Shown: positions 37,890 to 47,228 of the stretch, one piece after another
Layout: each line of letters begins with the position of its first letter
Numbering within the stretch: position 1 is the stretch's first letter
DNA from: an uncultured Candidatus Sumerlaeota bacterium
GTDB taxonomy: Bacteria; Sumerlaeota; Sumerlaeia; MVZB01
DNA: 64,000 nucleotides
Direction: 5' to 3'
Assembly (NCBI GenBank): GCA_964473105.1
Contig: CAYYNQ010000097.1
Coordinates: 8,468-72,467 of the forward strand
Notes under the pieces: model-generated
Seen by the model: the letters and a program-made list of their open reading frames with translations, nothing else
Databases searched by the model: none
Told to the model about the DNA's origin: nothing
Position numbers and translations under genes: made by a program

Positions 37890-40472
37890 ATGTATCAAGG
37901 GCTGATGGATATACGGTTCCTTTTTTTGATGCAGGTAACTCGTATGTGTCTCCTGCCATTTTTCCTGTGGCTTGTCCTGGGGGCTGCGGCTGGCCTGTCT
38001 GCAGAGGAGCCTGCGCCGGCTGTTCCGGTCATGCCGGCCGAGGATGTCCCGAGTTCGGCAACACTGGGGGGCGAGGAAGGTCTGGGTGAATCCGGAGTCA
38101 CCGAAACCCTGGCTGAGTTTACCTCCTCCAATGGAACTCCTGCGGGAGGCGGCGAGGACGTTATATCGAGCGGGGGTGAGCCCACGCAGGGGGAGGACAT
38201 GCCATTGATACGTCCTGAACTTCCCAAACTCACGCTAATTGTCAAGCAAATGGAAATCGACCTGATCACAGGCAGAATCCACAAACAGACTGGCATCAAT
38301 GTCAAGGCGATTGGAAACACCAAGTCCATCAAGATGGATCTGGTTGCTCAGGATGTGGACATTGAGAGCGTTCTGAACAAGATCACCGTTCCGAACCAAT
38401 GGAAATGGGTGAGATTTCAAGATGGGCATTATGAAATCATGGATCAACAGACCTTCACTGAGCGGATTACAGCCAATCAGGTCAAGCGGGTCAGTTTCAA
38501 GTTGAAACATATCGACGCGACCGAGCTCGAAAAGGTCGTCAGCCCAATCAATACACCCGAGGTCGGGGCTACGGCGGTTGATGTACGCACGAATACGCTG
38601 ATCGTGACCGATTTGCCTGACAAGCTTGCATTGATAGAGAGTATTGTCGCCGAGTATGACATCGCCCTGACCACGCGCGTATTCGAAATTCGGGATGCCG
38701 ATACCGAGGAGATTGCCGAGCGGTTTGAGAACGTGATGTCCGAATCGGCCGTCATTGAGGTTGATGCGTTGAATCATATCATCATTGTCAAGGACACCTT
38801 CGAGAAGATCCGGATTATGGAGCAGTTGATCGAGGTTTTTGACCGTGACCGAGATGTGCGCGTCTACAACTTCACCAATGTCGGGCTTGAGGGAGATGTC
38901 GCACTTGCAATTGTCGAGACCTTCCTTGAGCCTCTCGTGACCGAGGACGCACTGCTTGAGTATAACGAGGATTTGAACAAACTTCTGGTCCGTGATGTCA
39001 ACTCCGTGCACGCCAAGATCGAGGAGATTCTGCTTGCCTTGGATGAACCTCGCAAACAGGTCCTCGTCGAAGGGGAAGTGCTCTCGGTCGAGTTGAACGA
39101 GTCGTTCTCACTCGGTTCGGACTGGGTTTACTCACTGGGGCAGAGTATTCCACGGGATGGTCTCGGCATGGAACGAGCAACCTTGAGTCAGGATTTCATT
39201 GGCGGGACATCCCAGCCTGTCAATTCATCTGAAAATGGTGATACCGGGAGTAGTACGAGCAGCGGTGGAACAACGGACGCATCGGGTTTCAAGCTGTTCA
39301 CTCACAGCGACCGGGTGATCTACCAGTTGGAGGCGGCATTATCCGACAACCGGACGCGACTTCTGGCCCGGCCGCGTATCCTGATCGCTAACAATGAACT
39401 TGGACGTTTCGAGGTGGCCCGTAATGAGCCGATTCGCCAGACTTTCTTCAGTGGCAGCAATATGTCATCAGGATATAATAATAATTACCGTTCCTCCGGT
39501 CAGTCGCTAATCCCCACGGGTTTGATCATTGAGCTTACCCCCTTCATCAGCAACCGTGGGCTGATTGAAATGGAGGTTCAGTTTGAGAACAGTGTCCCAT
39601 TGATCGTCGAAGATATCGGCGATGGGAACCGTGGGGTCGGGACAACGGAGGAAACTGCTGAAACCTACCTCATCATTCCCGATGGTGAAACGAGGCTCAT
39701 CGGCGGATTGATTACGCAGGATACGGCTGAATCCGTTACCGGGATTCCGTTTCTAACGCGGATTCCTATTGTCGGTTATCTCTTCGGAAAGAAGACAACC
39801 GAGGAGACAAATCGAAACTTGCTGTTTTTCATGACACCTACGATCATCATCGAAGAACCGAAGAACAAGCTGCTCGTGGAGCCCGTCAATCTTATGGCCA
39901 AGCGCACCATGGCCCAGGATGAGACAGTCATGGTTCGCCCGGATGACCTCAATGAAATTCCCGAGGAACTTCTGCCCTACCTCGAGGATGTACGTAGTGG
40001 TGGTGCATGGCATTCAGGCGTTTCGGATACGGATTCGACGGCCACGCTCCAGATTGATCTGCCGACAACAACAACTGAAACCATAGGGATGGATCCCTCG
40101 GGCCTCGGTGCATCATTATTAAGGGATTCCGGATTTCTTGATCCCGGGCGGGGTGAATCGGAGTTAAAGGTCGGAGGGGCCATGCAGTATGTCAAATCCC
40201 AGGCTGGCCCGAGCGGAACATTCGGTAGCGGAAAGGCAAAAACCTCCCGATCCCGTTCTGGCGAGAAGGTCGATTATAGCAAGAAGGGGACAGGGATTAC
40301 CCCTCCCGAGGTCCGTGAACGCTTCAAGGCGGAAGAAAAAGCTCGGAATAGGAAAAAGAACAGAAGCCGGAAGAGACGGGCATCGCGCGGCGCGGGAGAG
40401 CGTGATGTCGATTTGATCGGCGGTAACCCGCCCAATACCCCACCGCCAACTCAGACCGAGACAAGTCAGTAA
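37890..40472 (+). CDS. Secretin (GspD/PilQ family) of a type II secretion or type IV pilus system, with long basic C-terminal tail
   Basis: Signal peptide 'MCLLPFFLWLVLGAAAGLSA'. N-domain-like repeats ('TNTLIVTDLPDKLALIESIV', 'LNHIIIVKDTFEKIRIMEQLIEVFD', 'NKLLVRDVNSVHAKIEEILLALD'). Secretin C-domain ('RLLARPRILIANNELGRFEV', 'LIGGLITQDTAESVTGIPFLTRIPIVGYLFG', 'LLFFMTPTII'). The C-terminal roughly 200 aa are Ser/Gly/Lys/Arg-rich. Confidence 0.8.
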   Translation: MYQGLMDIRFLFLMQVTRMCLLPFFLWLVLGAAAGLSAEEPAPAVPVMPAEDVPSSATLGGEEGLGESGVTETLAEFTSSNGTPAGGGEDVISSGGEPTQGEDMPLIRPELPKLTLIVKQMEIDLITGRIHKQTGINVKAIGNTKSIKMDLVAQDVDIESVLNKITVPNQWKWVRFQDGHYEIMDQQTFTERITANQVKRVSFKLKHIDATELEKVVSPINTPEVGATAVDVRTNTLIVTDLPDKLALIESIVAEYDIALTTRVFEIRDADTEEIAERFENVMSESAVIEVDALNHIIIVKDTFEKIRIMEQLIEVFDRDRDVRVYNFTNVGLEGDVALAIVETFLEPLVTEDALLEYNEDLNKLLVRDVNSVHAKIEEILLALDEPRKQVLVEGEVLSVELNESFSLGSDWVYSLGQSIPRDGLGMERATLSQDFIGGTSQPVNSSENGDTGSSTSSGGTTDASGFKLFTHSDRVIYQLEAALSDNRTRLLARPRILIANNELGRFEVARNEPIRQTFFSGSNMSSGYNNNYRSSGQSLIPTGLIIELTPFISNRGLIEMEVQFENSVPLIVEDIGDGNRGVGTTEETAETYLIIPDGETRLIGGLITQDTAESVTGIPFLTRIPIVGYLFGKKTTEETNRNLLFFMTPTIIIEEPKNKLLVEPVNLMAKRTMAQDETVMVRPDDLNEIPEELLPYLEDVRSGGAWHSGVSDTDSTATLQIDLPTTTTETIGMDPSGLGASLLRDSGFLDPGRGESELKVGGAMQYVKSQAGPSGTFGSGKAKTSRSRSGEKVDYSKKGTGITPPEVRERFKAEEKARNRKKNRSRKRRASRGAGERDVDLIGGNPPNTPPPTQTETSQ

Positions 40473-40684
40473 AATCAAAACATCACCCTGTGGTTTGGAC
40501 TGTGTGACCGATCACTGGGCAGATTGCAATTGTGAGTAAGCGGCAGGATGCCCTCTTGACCGATGATAGCAAAGCATTCTTGAATCGGCGATTGGATTGT
40601 GCCAACATGAACTGCCCTGCCCGTCAGGGCGGGTGGATCCGTTTTCTTCCACCCAATCATATCGGAACTAGAGGGGACAAGAGC

Positions 40685-41437
40685 ATGTCAGGTCATTCGA
40701 AATGGCATTCCATCCGGCACAAGAAAGCCATTGTCGATGCCAAGCGTGGTGCAAAATTCACCAAACTCATCAAGGAGCTGGTGGTTGCCGCCCGGATGGG
40801 TGGCAGTGATCCCGATGCCAACCCGCGGCTTCGGCTGGCGATCCAGAACGCCCGCGATATGAACATGCCGAAAGACAACATCGAGCGTGCGGTCAAGAAG
40901 GGTGCCGGTGAACTTGAAGGGGTTTCCTACGAGGACTTCCAATTTGAAGGATACGGACACGGCGGAGTTGCAATTCTTGTTGAGGGAACCACCGACAACA
41001 TGAACCGCACCGCGCCCGAGATGAGGCACCTCTTTAGTAAGCATGGCGGCAAGTTTGGTGAGCAGGGAAGTGTCAACTGGATGTTCAAGAAGAGGGGCGT
41101 TATCATGGCTCCGGCCGAGGGTATGGATGAAGAACAGGTTATGGAGGTTGCTATCGAGGCCGGGGCCGATGACCTGGAGAATGCAGAGGGCTACTTCAGG
41201 ATCCTAACCGAACCCGGAACTCAGGAGAATGTGCGCCAGGCCATTGAGGCGTCCGGGATCCGGGTTGAATCCTCGACCATGGAGAATATTCCCGATAACA
41301 CCATCGCGATCGGCGTCGATGATGCACGTAAACTCATGAAGCTCATCGAGTTCCTTGAGATACATGATGACGTGAGTTCTGTGTCTGCGAATTATGAGGT
41401 TGATGATGCTTTGATTGAGGAGTTGAGCGCCACCTGA
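40685..41437 (+). CDS. yebC: YebC/PmpR-family DNA-binding transcriptional regulator
   Basis: 'MSGHSKWHSIRHKKAIVDAKRGAKFTKL' is the canonical N-terminus. 250 aa. The ORF is open from 40532. Confidence 0.9.
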   Translation: MSGHSKWHSIRHKKAIVDAKRGAKFTKLIKELVVAARMGGSDPDANPRLRLAIQNARDMNMPKDNIERAVKKGAGELEGVSYEDFQFEGYGHGGVAILVEGTTDNMNRTAPEMRHLFSKHGGKFGEQGSVNWMFKKRGVIMAPAEGMDEEQVMEVAIEAGADDLENAEGYFRILTEPGTQENVRQAIEASGIRVESSTMENIPDNTIAIGVDDARKLMKLIEFLEIHDDVSSVSANYEVDDALIEELSAT

Positions 41438-41497
41438 TCCCTGACTTTCCCCCGGTAAAGGCACCCGGTCAGCTGCCGAGCCAGCTATTTACAACTC

Positions 41498-42157
41498 ATG
41501 TCCGAGGATCGTGCCATCAAAAATCCATGCCTCACAGCAGCCGTGCCTGAGACCACGGGCCTGATCCGAGTCTTGGGTGTTGACCCCGGCTTGGCGGATG
41601 TTGGTTACGGGATTATTGACTGGAGTTCGGATCAATCGGTGGGTAATCACCTGGTACACGGGGTTATCAGGACCTCCAAGTCTGAAGACTTGGCGGATCG
41701 GCTGTATCAAATCTACGCGAGGTTGGATGAGTTGATTGCGGAGTACCGTCCCGAGGTCTGTTCCATTGAGCAGCTATATTTTGCACGCAATGTGAAGACG
41801 GCAATGAGCGTGGCACATGGCCGGGCGGCCTGTATCCTTGCCACGGCTCGTCACCGATGTAAAGTCTTTGAATATACGCCGTTGCAGATCAAGCAGGCGA
41901 TGACGGGTTATGGACGTGCTTCCAAGAAACAGATCCAGGCAATGGTGCGCTCGATTCTGTCCCTCGATGAAATCCCACGTCCTGACCATGCTTCCGATGC
42001 TCTGGCGACTGCACTATGTCACATGCATACTCTTGGTGTCCGCTCGAAGCTTGAGGCCATTGCTGCCGTGGGCCGCACGGAGGATTCCGGGCCCGGGGGG
42101 GCTCGTCGAGAGCTGCTCATGCAGATGAAGACAGGTCGCCGCCGAAGAAGACGATGA
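41498..42157 (+). CDS. ruvC: Crossover junction endodeoxyribonuclease RuvC
   Basis: 'IRVLGVDPGLADVGYGII' (catalytic Asp), 'SIEQLYFARNVKTAMSVAHGR' and 'DHASDALATALCH'. Classic yebC-ruvC synteny. Confidence 0.9.
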   Translation: MSEDRAIKNPCLTAAVPETTGLIRVLGVDPGLADVGYGIIDWSSDQSVGNHLVHGVIRTSKSEDLADRLYQIYARLDELIAEYRPEVCSIEQLYFARNVKTAMSVAHGRAACILATARHRCKVFEYTPLQIKQAMTGYGRASKKQIQAMVRSILSLDEIPRPDHASDALATALCHMHTLGVRSKLEAIAAVGRTEDSGPGGARRELLMQMKTGRRRRRR

Positions 42158-42789
42158 GCAGCTGCGGTAAAAAACAGGAGCGGGGTTTGCGGGTCGCTGT
42201 CATGGCATCCCATGGCGGGTCAAACATGCAGGCGATCCTTGATACGGTTGAGTCGGGCCAACTCGATATTTGCATCCAGATTGTGATCAGCAACAACTCC
42301 GCATCCGGTGCTATGCGGCGGGCGTCCAGGCATGGCCTGAAACGGATTCATATGAGCGGAACGACTCATCCCAATCCCGATGAGCTTGACCGTGCAATGC
42401 TGGATCTGCTTGAACATGAGGGTGTTGAGCTGGTCGTGATGGCCGGTTACATGAAACGTCTGGGCCCGGGTGTACTGGGGCATTTCAGGGGAAGAATCAT
42501 CAACGTTCATCCTTCACTTCTACCGCGTCACGGTGGGAAAGGCATGTTCGGGATCCATCCGCATGAATCTGTCCTGCGTGCCGGTGATCCGGTATCGGGT
42601 GTAACTGTTCATGTGGTCATGGCAGACTATGATGAGGGCCCGATTCTTGCGCAGCGTGAGGTTGCGGTGAGGCCAGGTGATACACCGGAATCGCTGCAAC
42701 AGCGGGTCCTTGCGTTGGAACACTTGCTCTACCCCGAGGTGATCGGGCGAATTGCATCAGGAGAGATAAAATTGCCTATCCCCATTTGA
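42154..42789 (+). CDS. purN: Phosphoribosylglycinamide formyltransferase
   Basis: 'RVAVMASHGGSNMQAIL', 'VVMAGYMKRL', 'INVHPSLLPRHGG' and 'GVTVHVVMADYDEGPILAQ'. The start overlaps the ruvC stop. Confidence 0.9.
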   Translation: MSSCGKKQERGLRVAVMASHGGSNMQAILDTVESGQLDICIQIVISNNSASGAMRRASRHGLKRIHMSGTTHPNPDELDRAMLDLLEHEGVELVVMAGYMKRLGPGVLGHFRGRIINVHPSLLPRHGGKGMFGIHPHESVLRAGDPVSGVTVHVVMADYDEGPILAQREVAVRPGDTPESLQQRVLALEHLLYPEVIGRIASGEIKLPIPI

Positions 42790-42811
42790 ATCGAGCTGAT
42801 CGGGAGGAGAG

Positions 42812-43426
42812 ATGACTTTGGATACATACCAGGCGATCGAAACACGCAGATCGGTCAAGAATTACGATCCGGAACATTTACTATCGAATGGTGAAGTCCG
42901 GCGTCTTTTGTCGCTTGCGATGCTTTCGCCGACTTCATTTAATATTCAGAATTGGAGGTTTGTCAACGTGGTGGACCGGGAGCTTCGCGCCCAAATATGT
43001 AATGCGGCGTGGAATCAGAAGCAGATTATCGATGCCTCGTTGCTTCTGGTGCTCTGTGCGGATCTGAAGGCTTGGGACCGCGCCCCGTCACGTTACTGGC
43101 GAAATTCCCCAGCGGAGGTTCAGGAACGGCTCGTGCCGATGATTACCGACTTCTACCGCGGGCGTGACCAGCTTCAACGCGATGAAGCCATGCGGTCGGT
43201 GGGGATGGCGGCACAGACGCTGATGATCGCCGCTCGCGCGATGGGTTATGACTCAAACCCGATGATTGGGTTTGATCAGGAGGCGGTGTCCGGCTTAATT
43301 GGTCTTCCGGAAGACCATGTTGTCGGGATGTTATTGGTTATTGGGAAGGCGGTCCGGCCGGCCAATTCCCGGGGTGGCCAACTGGAATATGACGAAGTGG
43401 TTATTCGTGACCGGTTCCAGGGGTAG
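42812..43426 (+). CDS. Nitroreductase-family flavoprotein
   Basis: 'AIETRRSVKNYDPEH', 'SPTSFNIQNWRFVNV' and 'QTLMIAARAMGYDSNPMIGFD'. About 200 aa. Confidence 0.8.
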   Translation: MTLDTYQAIETRRSVKNYDPEHLLSNGEVRRLLSLAMLSPTSFNIQNWRFVNVVDRELRAQICNAAWNQKQIIDASLLLVLCADLKAWDRAPSRYWRNSPAEVQERLVPMITDFYRGRDQLQRDEAMRSVGMAAQTLMIAARAMGYDSNPMIGFDQEAVSGLIGLPEDHVVGMLLVIGKAVRPANSRGGQLEYDEVVIRDRFQG

Positions 43427-43436
43427 GATACCGGAA

Positions 43437-44621
43437 TCATTTCCGTTCCGTATCGTTGATTAACTCCTGACGCAAGCATTCGGCCTCGGCGAGGCAACCA
43501 CTTCGCGAATTGGAATCACGCGCCGCCAGTTTCATGCGGGTGCTCCAGCGTGGGATGGCATACAATGCCAAGGAAAGGGAACGGTCAGCCTCATGCCGTT
43601 CCCTTGCAACCGGGTCAAGCAGGTGTTTCCAGTAGGCGTCCATCATGATTTCGGAACGGTCTCCTCGATCCCCGGAGGCATCGTTCTTCCCCGCCGAACG
43701 TAGGTATCTTGAAATGGTTTCAAGGTCATACCCGGGGTGTGTATGCCTCATTGCTCCAACATCGATCAGTGCCACACAGGGATCATGGGATCTTTCGGTC
43801 TGTTTGTGATCAGATTGCATGCCCCGGGGAAGCCAGATCATGTCATCGCCTGCAAGTTCGGTATGGACGAGTGGTAGTTGACGTGGGGGTTCCCAGTTTG
43901 ACAGCAGACTGGTTGTCCTGGATTCAATATCTGAAAGTTGATGCATCAGTCGGGACGTTCCCGTAGGTTCCATGACGGCCGCATGTTTTCTGATCATATC
44001 AAGGCGGTTCCTCATGCTTTTAAGGGTGCGCCTGGCGAATCGGTCGACGGGTTGTCTGCGACGGCCTGAATCGAACCAGGGGGCTGTGTGGTTATGAAGA
44101 CGGGCAAGTGTAAATCCAATCTGCTCAGCGACCTCCCGGGAAATGGTCGTCCGGTTGACCAGAGGGCCGCTCAGGTAGCTTTCCAGAATCAGGCGGGGCC
44201 CGCAACTCCAGCGAAATAGGGGCAAGGATGAGCTGCGGATCAGTCTCGGTGACGGGATTCCGAGGTCGGCGAGACGGGTCAGGTTTTTCCGGTAGCGCTG
44301 CCATTGGATGTGGCGGTCATAAACACGGATACAATAGGACGGTCGCAACGCAGATGTTTCGATGCTGCTACATGGGTCGAACGAGGCGGTATCGATATCC
44401 CTCGCAGATTTTCTGTAGGCAAAGTAGACGAGTGTGCTGGTTCCGGATGCAGGACGACTGAATATCCAGTCATCGTTCCCAATCCGCTGCACAGAGTCCA
44501 GAAGTTTACAAAGTTCATCACGCAAGGGATATGCAGGTTGTCCGACGGTTGAGTTCAAGCTCTTTTTGACTCCGATATCGGTTTGACACGGTCTGACGTT
44601 CGGGCACGGATCCTTGGCCAT
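43437..44621 (-). CDS. Phosphotransferase-family protein (APH/choline-kinase-like protein kinase fold), putative
   Basis: 'LVHTELAGDDMIW' (Brenner-like catalytic region, non-canonical HTE instead of HGD) and 'ALIDVGAMRHTHPGYDLETISRYL' (DFG-like region). 394 aa. Confidence 0.45.
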   Translation of the reverse strand: MAKDPCPNVRPCQTDIGVKKSLNSTVGQPAYPLRDELCKLLDSVQRIGNDDWIFSRPASGTSTLVYFAYRKSARDIDTASFDPCSSIETSALRPSYCIRVYDRHIQWQRYRKNLTRLADLGIPSPRLIRSSSLPLFRWSCGPRLILESYLSGPLVNRTTISREVAEQIGFTLARLHNHTAPWFDSGRRRQPVDRFARRTLKSMRNRLDMIRKHAAVMEPTGTSRLMHQLSDIESRTTSLLSNWEPPRQLPLVHTELAGDDMIWLPRGMQSDHKQTERSHDPCVALIDVGAMRHTHPGYDLETISRYLRSAGKNDASGDRGDRSEIMMDAYWKHLLDPVARERHEADRSLSLALYAIPRWSTRMKLAARDSNSRSGCLAEAECLRQELINDTERK

Positions 44622-44993
44622 AATCCAACGGGATCATAAGCATAATTCAAGTTGGGAATCGATGTAATTCGTGCATATTTCAGGGAAATGCAGCGAGGTT
44701 CCACCATAGAGAAAGTTTATATCCTCCAGTCACCTGTAAAGAGAACCCAAGGGGGGGGCACCGAATCAGATCGATGTGTCGGCAATTCCCATTCTTGTGG
44801 GGCCCTCTTCGTGTTCCCTTTGTGTTTGATTCGCTTCCGGGAAGGCCAAGACAGAACGGGAGGGGTGTCTTGGCCACAGTCCGCTCCTCACTTTATTCAT
44901 TGAACCCGGGGAGCTAGACGATGACGAAGCCAGGATCTTTGCTGCCGTTCGGGCATAAAAATCACTTTAAGATGGATTCCATTAAATCCAAAT

Positions 44994-45680
44994 TCATTGC
45001 GGGTGGGTATTGGTGCGGCCCTGGACAAGACGTACGGTTCCATCCGCGTAGAGGGCATGCTCGATATCCAGATCAGTTCCCCATGGATAGCCGAAGTCTG
45101 CCGGGTAGTTCGGGAACAATCCGCCGTAAAAACCATCCAAGGGGCCAAGGTAAAGATCTCTCACCATCCACACGTTGCCTTCCATGATATTTCCGGCACC
45201 GCCTTCGTGCCCCCCTGAGCTGACTGCCGAACTGTTATATGCGTAACGGAAATTATGGTAGCGTGGATGACCGCCACGTATTGTCTCGCCGTCTGGGTAG
45301 AGTCTCAGGTAATGGGGATTGAACATGGTATGCCAGTCACCTAGGTATTTCAGTTCAAGCAGGATCCAGGGCAGGCCATCCCAGGATCCCCCCGCAGCTG
45401 GGGCATTGCCGGTTTGAAAATATTCCGGACCGCTCGATGAAAACGGACCGGCTTCGTGGTCTGCGGGTGGCAGGGTATTGTGATCGACCTGATAGGTCTG
45501 TAGCGCAATGGCGATCGTGTGCAGGTTGCCTGCATTGGCAGCGCGGAGGCCGCGTTCCCGGGCGTCGTGGAAATTGACAACCGCGACGGCTGCCAGGATT
45601 CCGATGATCATTACGACCACCAGGAGTTCGATCAGCGTGACCCCCCTCATATCATCTGGTTTGTGGCAGGTTTCTGGCAA
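44994..45680 (-). CDS. Prepilin-type N-terminal cleavage/methylation domain protein (DUF1559-like pseudopilin)
   Basis: 'RGVTLIELLVVVMIIGILAAVAVVNF' prepilin leader/TM; 228 aa. The likely start is the internal Met at 45650. Confidence 0.8.
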   Translation of the reverse strand: MPETCHKPDDMRGVTLIELLVVVMIIGILAAVAVVNFHDARERGLRAANAGNLHTIAIALQTYQVDHNTLPPADHEAGPFSSSGPEYFQTGNAPAAGGSWDGLPWILLELKYLGDWHTMFNPHYLRLYPDGETIRGGHPRYHNFRYAYNSSAVSSGGHEGGAGNIMEGNVWMVRDLYLGPLDGFYGGLFPNYPADFGYPWGTDLDIEHALYADGTVRLVQGRTNTHPQ

Positions 45681-45829
45681 TCAATTGTCCTCTACTTCGG
45701 ACTTCATTGTTTGCACGGGGAGGATAACGCTGCATTGTGGGCTCCCCATGCCTCTCAGCGGCAAAGGCCTTTCTGTTCTGGACGATCGAAGCTCAAATTT
45801 CTCATGGCCGAAGATCCCGTCCCGGGATC

Positions 45830-47194
45830 TTATCGATAACCTGTCCAGGCACGGCTCGTGTTTGCCGTCGGCAACGTGCTTGTGAAATGGAGCTGGCCCT
45901 CGGTCAGGCTGATACTGTCCTCCCATACGACATATATTTCGTCGCATCCACCCATCGCTATGACCGGACGGTTCCAAGTTCCGGTGAGTTCCTCAGTCAG
46001 GTCGACCTCATGCTCGACGAAATTTTCTTGGGGATCATAACGGATATATCGGACACTTCTCCGGGGTGTATTGGCACTGACATACACCATGTGGAATTTT
46101 CCGTTGGAATCAACGACCGCTGAGGGCTGTTGCTGAAGGCCATCCTCGTTTGTCACCCGGATCTCCGTATCCAGAATGGATGAATCAACCGTATATTTCT
46201 GGATGATGATTTCGTCACTGCCCGTCGCGATACGGTCAACAAACAACAACCAACGATTATCGTTTCCGGGTTCCTCGACCCAGCGCGGAGGATCAAAAAA
46301 ACCGCTGACGTTGGACCGGTGCAGGCCCATCGCAATCCAGTTTTTGGCTTCGGGGTCATAACGTCCGGTATATAGGCTGGCCGGGGCACCCGTTGTGCCC
46401 GTCACCCAGCACAAGTGCAGGATGCCATTTGGATCGGCCGAGATATCCGGGACTGTGAACGGTTGGTTTTCGTCACCGGCTGCCCGGTCCGCAGGGGTTG
46501 TTAGACGCAGGCTGGCCATAGAGGGTGGCAGCGCTGGCCATGAACCGTCAGGGTTGCTCAGCCCCAGCATAATCTCGGACTTGTCCACATCCCAGTGAAA
46601 ATCATACCAGGTCAGTGCAATTCGTCCGTCGCCCAGGAGTGCCGTCCGGGGATTGAAACCGTTGTCACCGTTCGAGACACTGCCCGAGTCTGTCAGGCGC
46701 AGGTTGTTCATGGCAAGGCCCTGGCTTGTGAAACGGTCGGTGAATATCTCCTGGTTGTCGTTCCAGCCCGCCCCGGCGGATCCGTGTCGGTGATCGTGCC
46801 AGAAAACCTGTAGTTCCTGACTGGAATCAACGATGATGGAAGGGATGCGTCCCCCCAAGCTTTCGCCCGTGACGGCCATCGATTGATCGACTCTTTGACG
46901 GGGTAGCCATCCTGTCATCGTTTTCCATTGCCGGATAAAAACTCGACTGGGGTCACTGATGGTGGTCTGTTCGAGTCCTTGCCAGTAGACAAGCGTGAGT
47001 CCGTGGGCCGGGGTCCAGATCAGCGTGCCCTGGGGGTTTCGCGCAAGCCGGTTGCGTTCGGTCGGGTCGTCAGGCGAGGTGAACTCGACAACCGGGCGGA
47101 AATTTATTTGCGCGCAGGTTCCCCGGATCATGGTCATGAAGATCAGTAGGCAAACAAGTAAATGCCCTTTGATAGATATGATCTTCCATGACAT
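45830..47194 (-). CDS. Secreted hypothetical protein (beta-rich, possible beta-propeller)
   Basis: Signal peptide 'MSWKIISIKGHLLVCLLIFMTMIRGTCAQ' and a beta-rich domain of about 430 aa with W/G/D-rich repeats. The ORF is open to 47224. Confidence 0.5.
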   Translation of the reverse strand: MSWKIISIKGHLLVCLLIFMTMIRGTCAQINFRPVVEFTSPDDPTERNRLARNPQGTLIWTPAHGLTLVYWQGLEQTTISDPSRVFIRQWKTMTGWLPRQRVDQSMAVTGESLGGRIPSIIVDSSQELQVFWHDHRHGSAGAGWNDNQEIFTDRFTSQGLAMNNLRLTDSGSVSNGDNGFNPRTALLGDGRIALTWYDFHWDVDKSEIMLGLSNPDGSWPALPPSMASLRLTTPADRAAGDENQPFTVPDISADPNGILHLCWVTGTTGAPASLYTGRYDPEAKNWIAMGLHRSNVSGFFDPPRWVEEPGNDNRWLLFVDRIATGSDEIIIQKYTVDSSILDTEIRVTNEDGLQQQPSAVVDSNGKFHMVYVSANTPRRSVRYIRYDPQENFVEHEVDLTEELTGTWNRPVIAMGGCDEIYVVWEDSISLTEGQLHFTSTLPTANTSRAWTGYR

Positions 47195-47228
47195 GTGGAA
47201 TGATCTTTCCCTTGGATCCTTCATGGGG

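Noticed and set aside
44652-44903. Short ORFs and a G8 run (44751-44758) between the kinase-like gene and the pseudopilin
   Set aside because: The ORFs are under 90 aa with no features. The G8 run is intergenic, with no gene for it to switch. It is possibly part of the pseudopilin operon terminator or promoter region.
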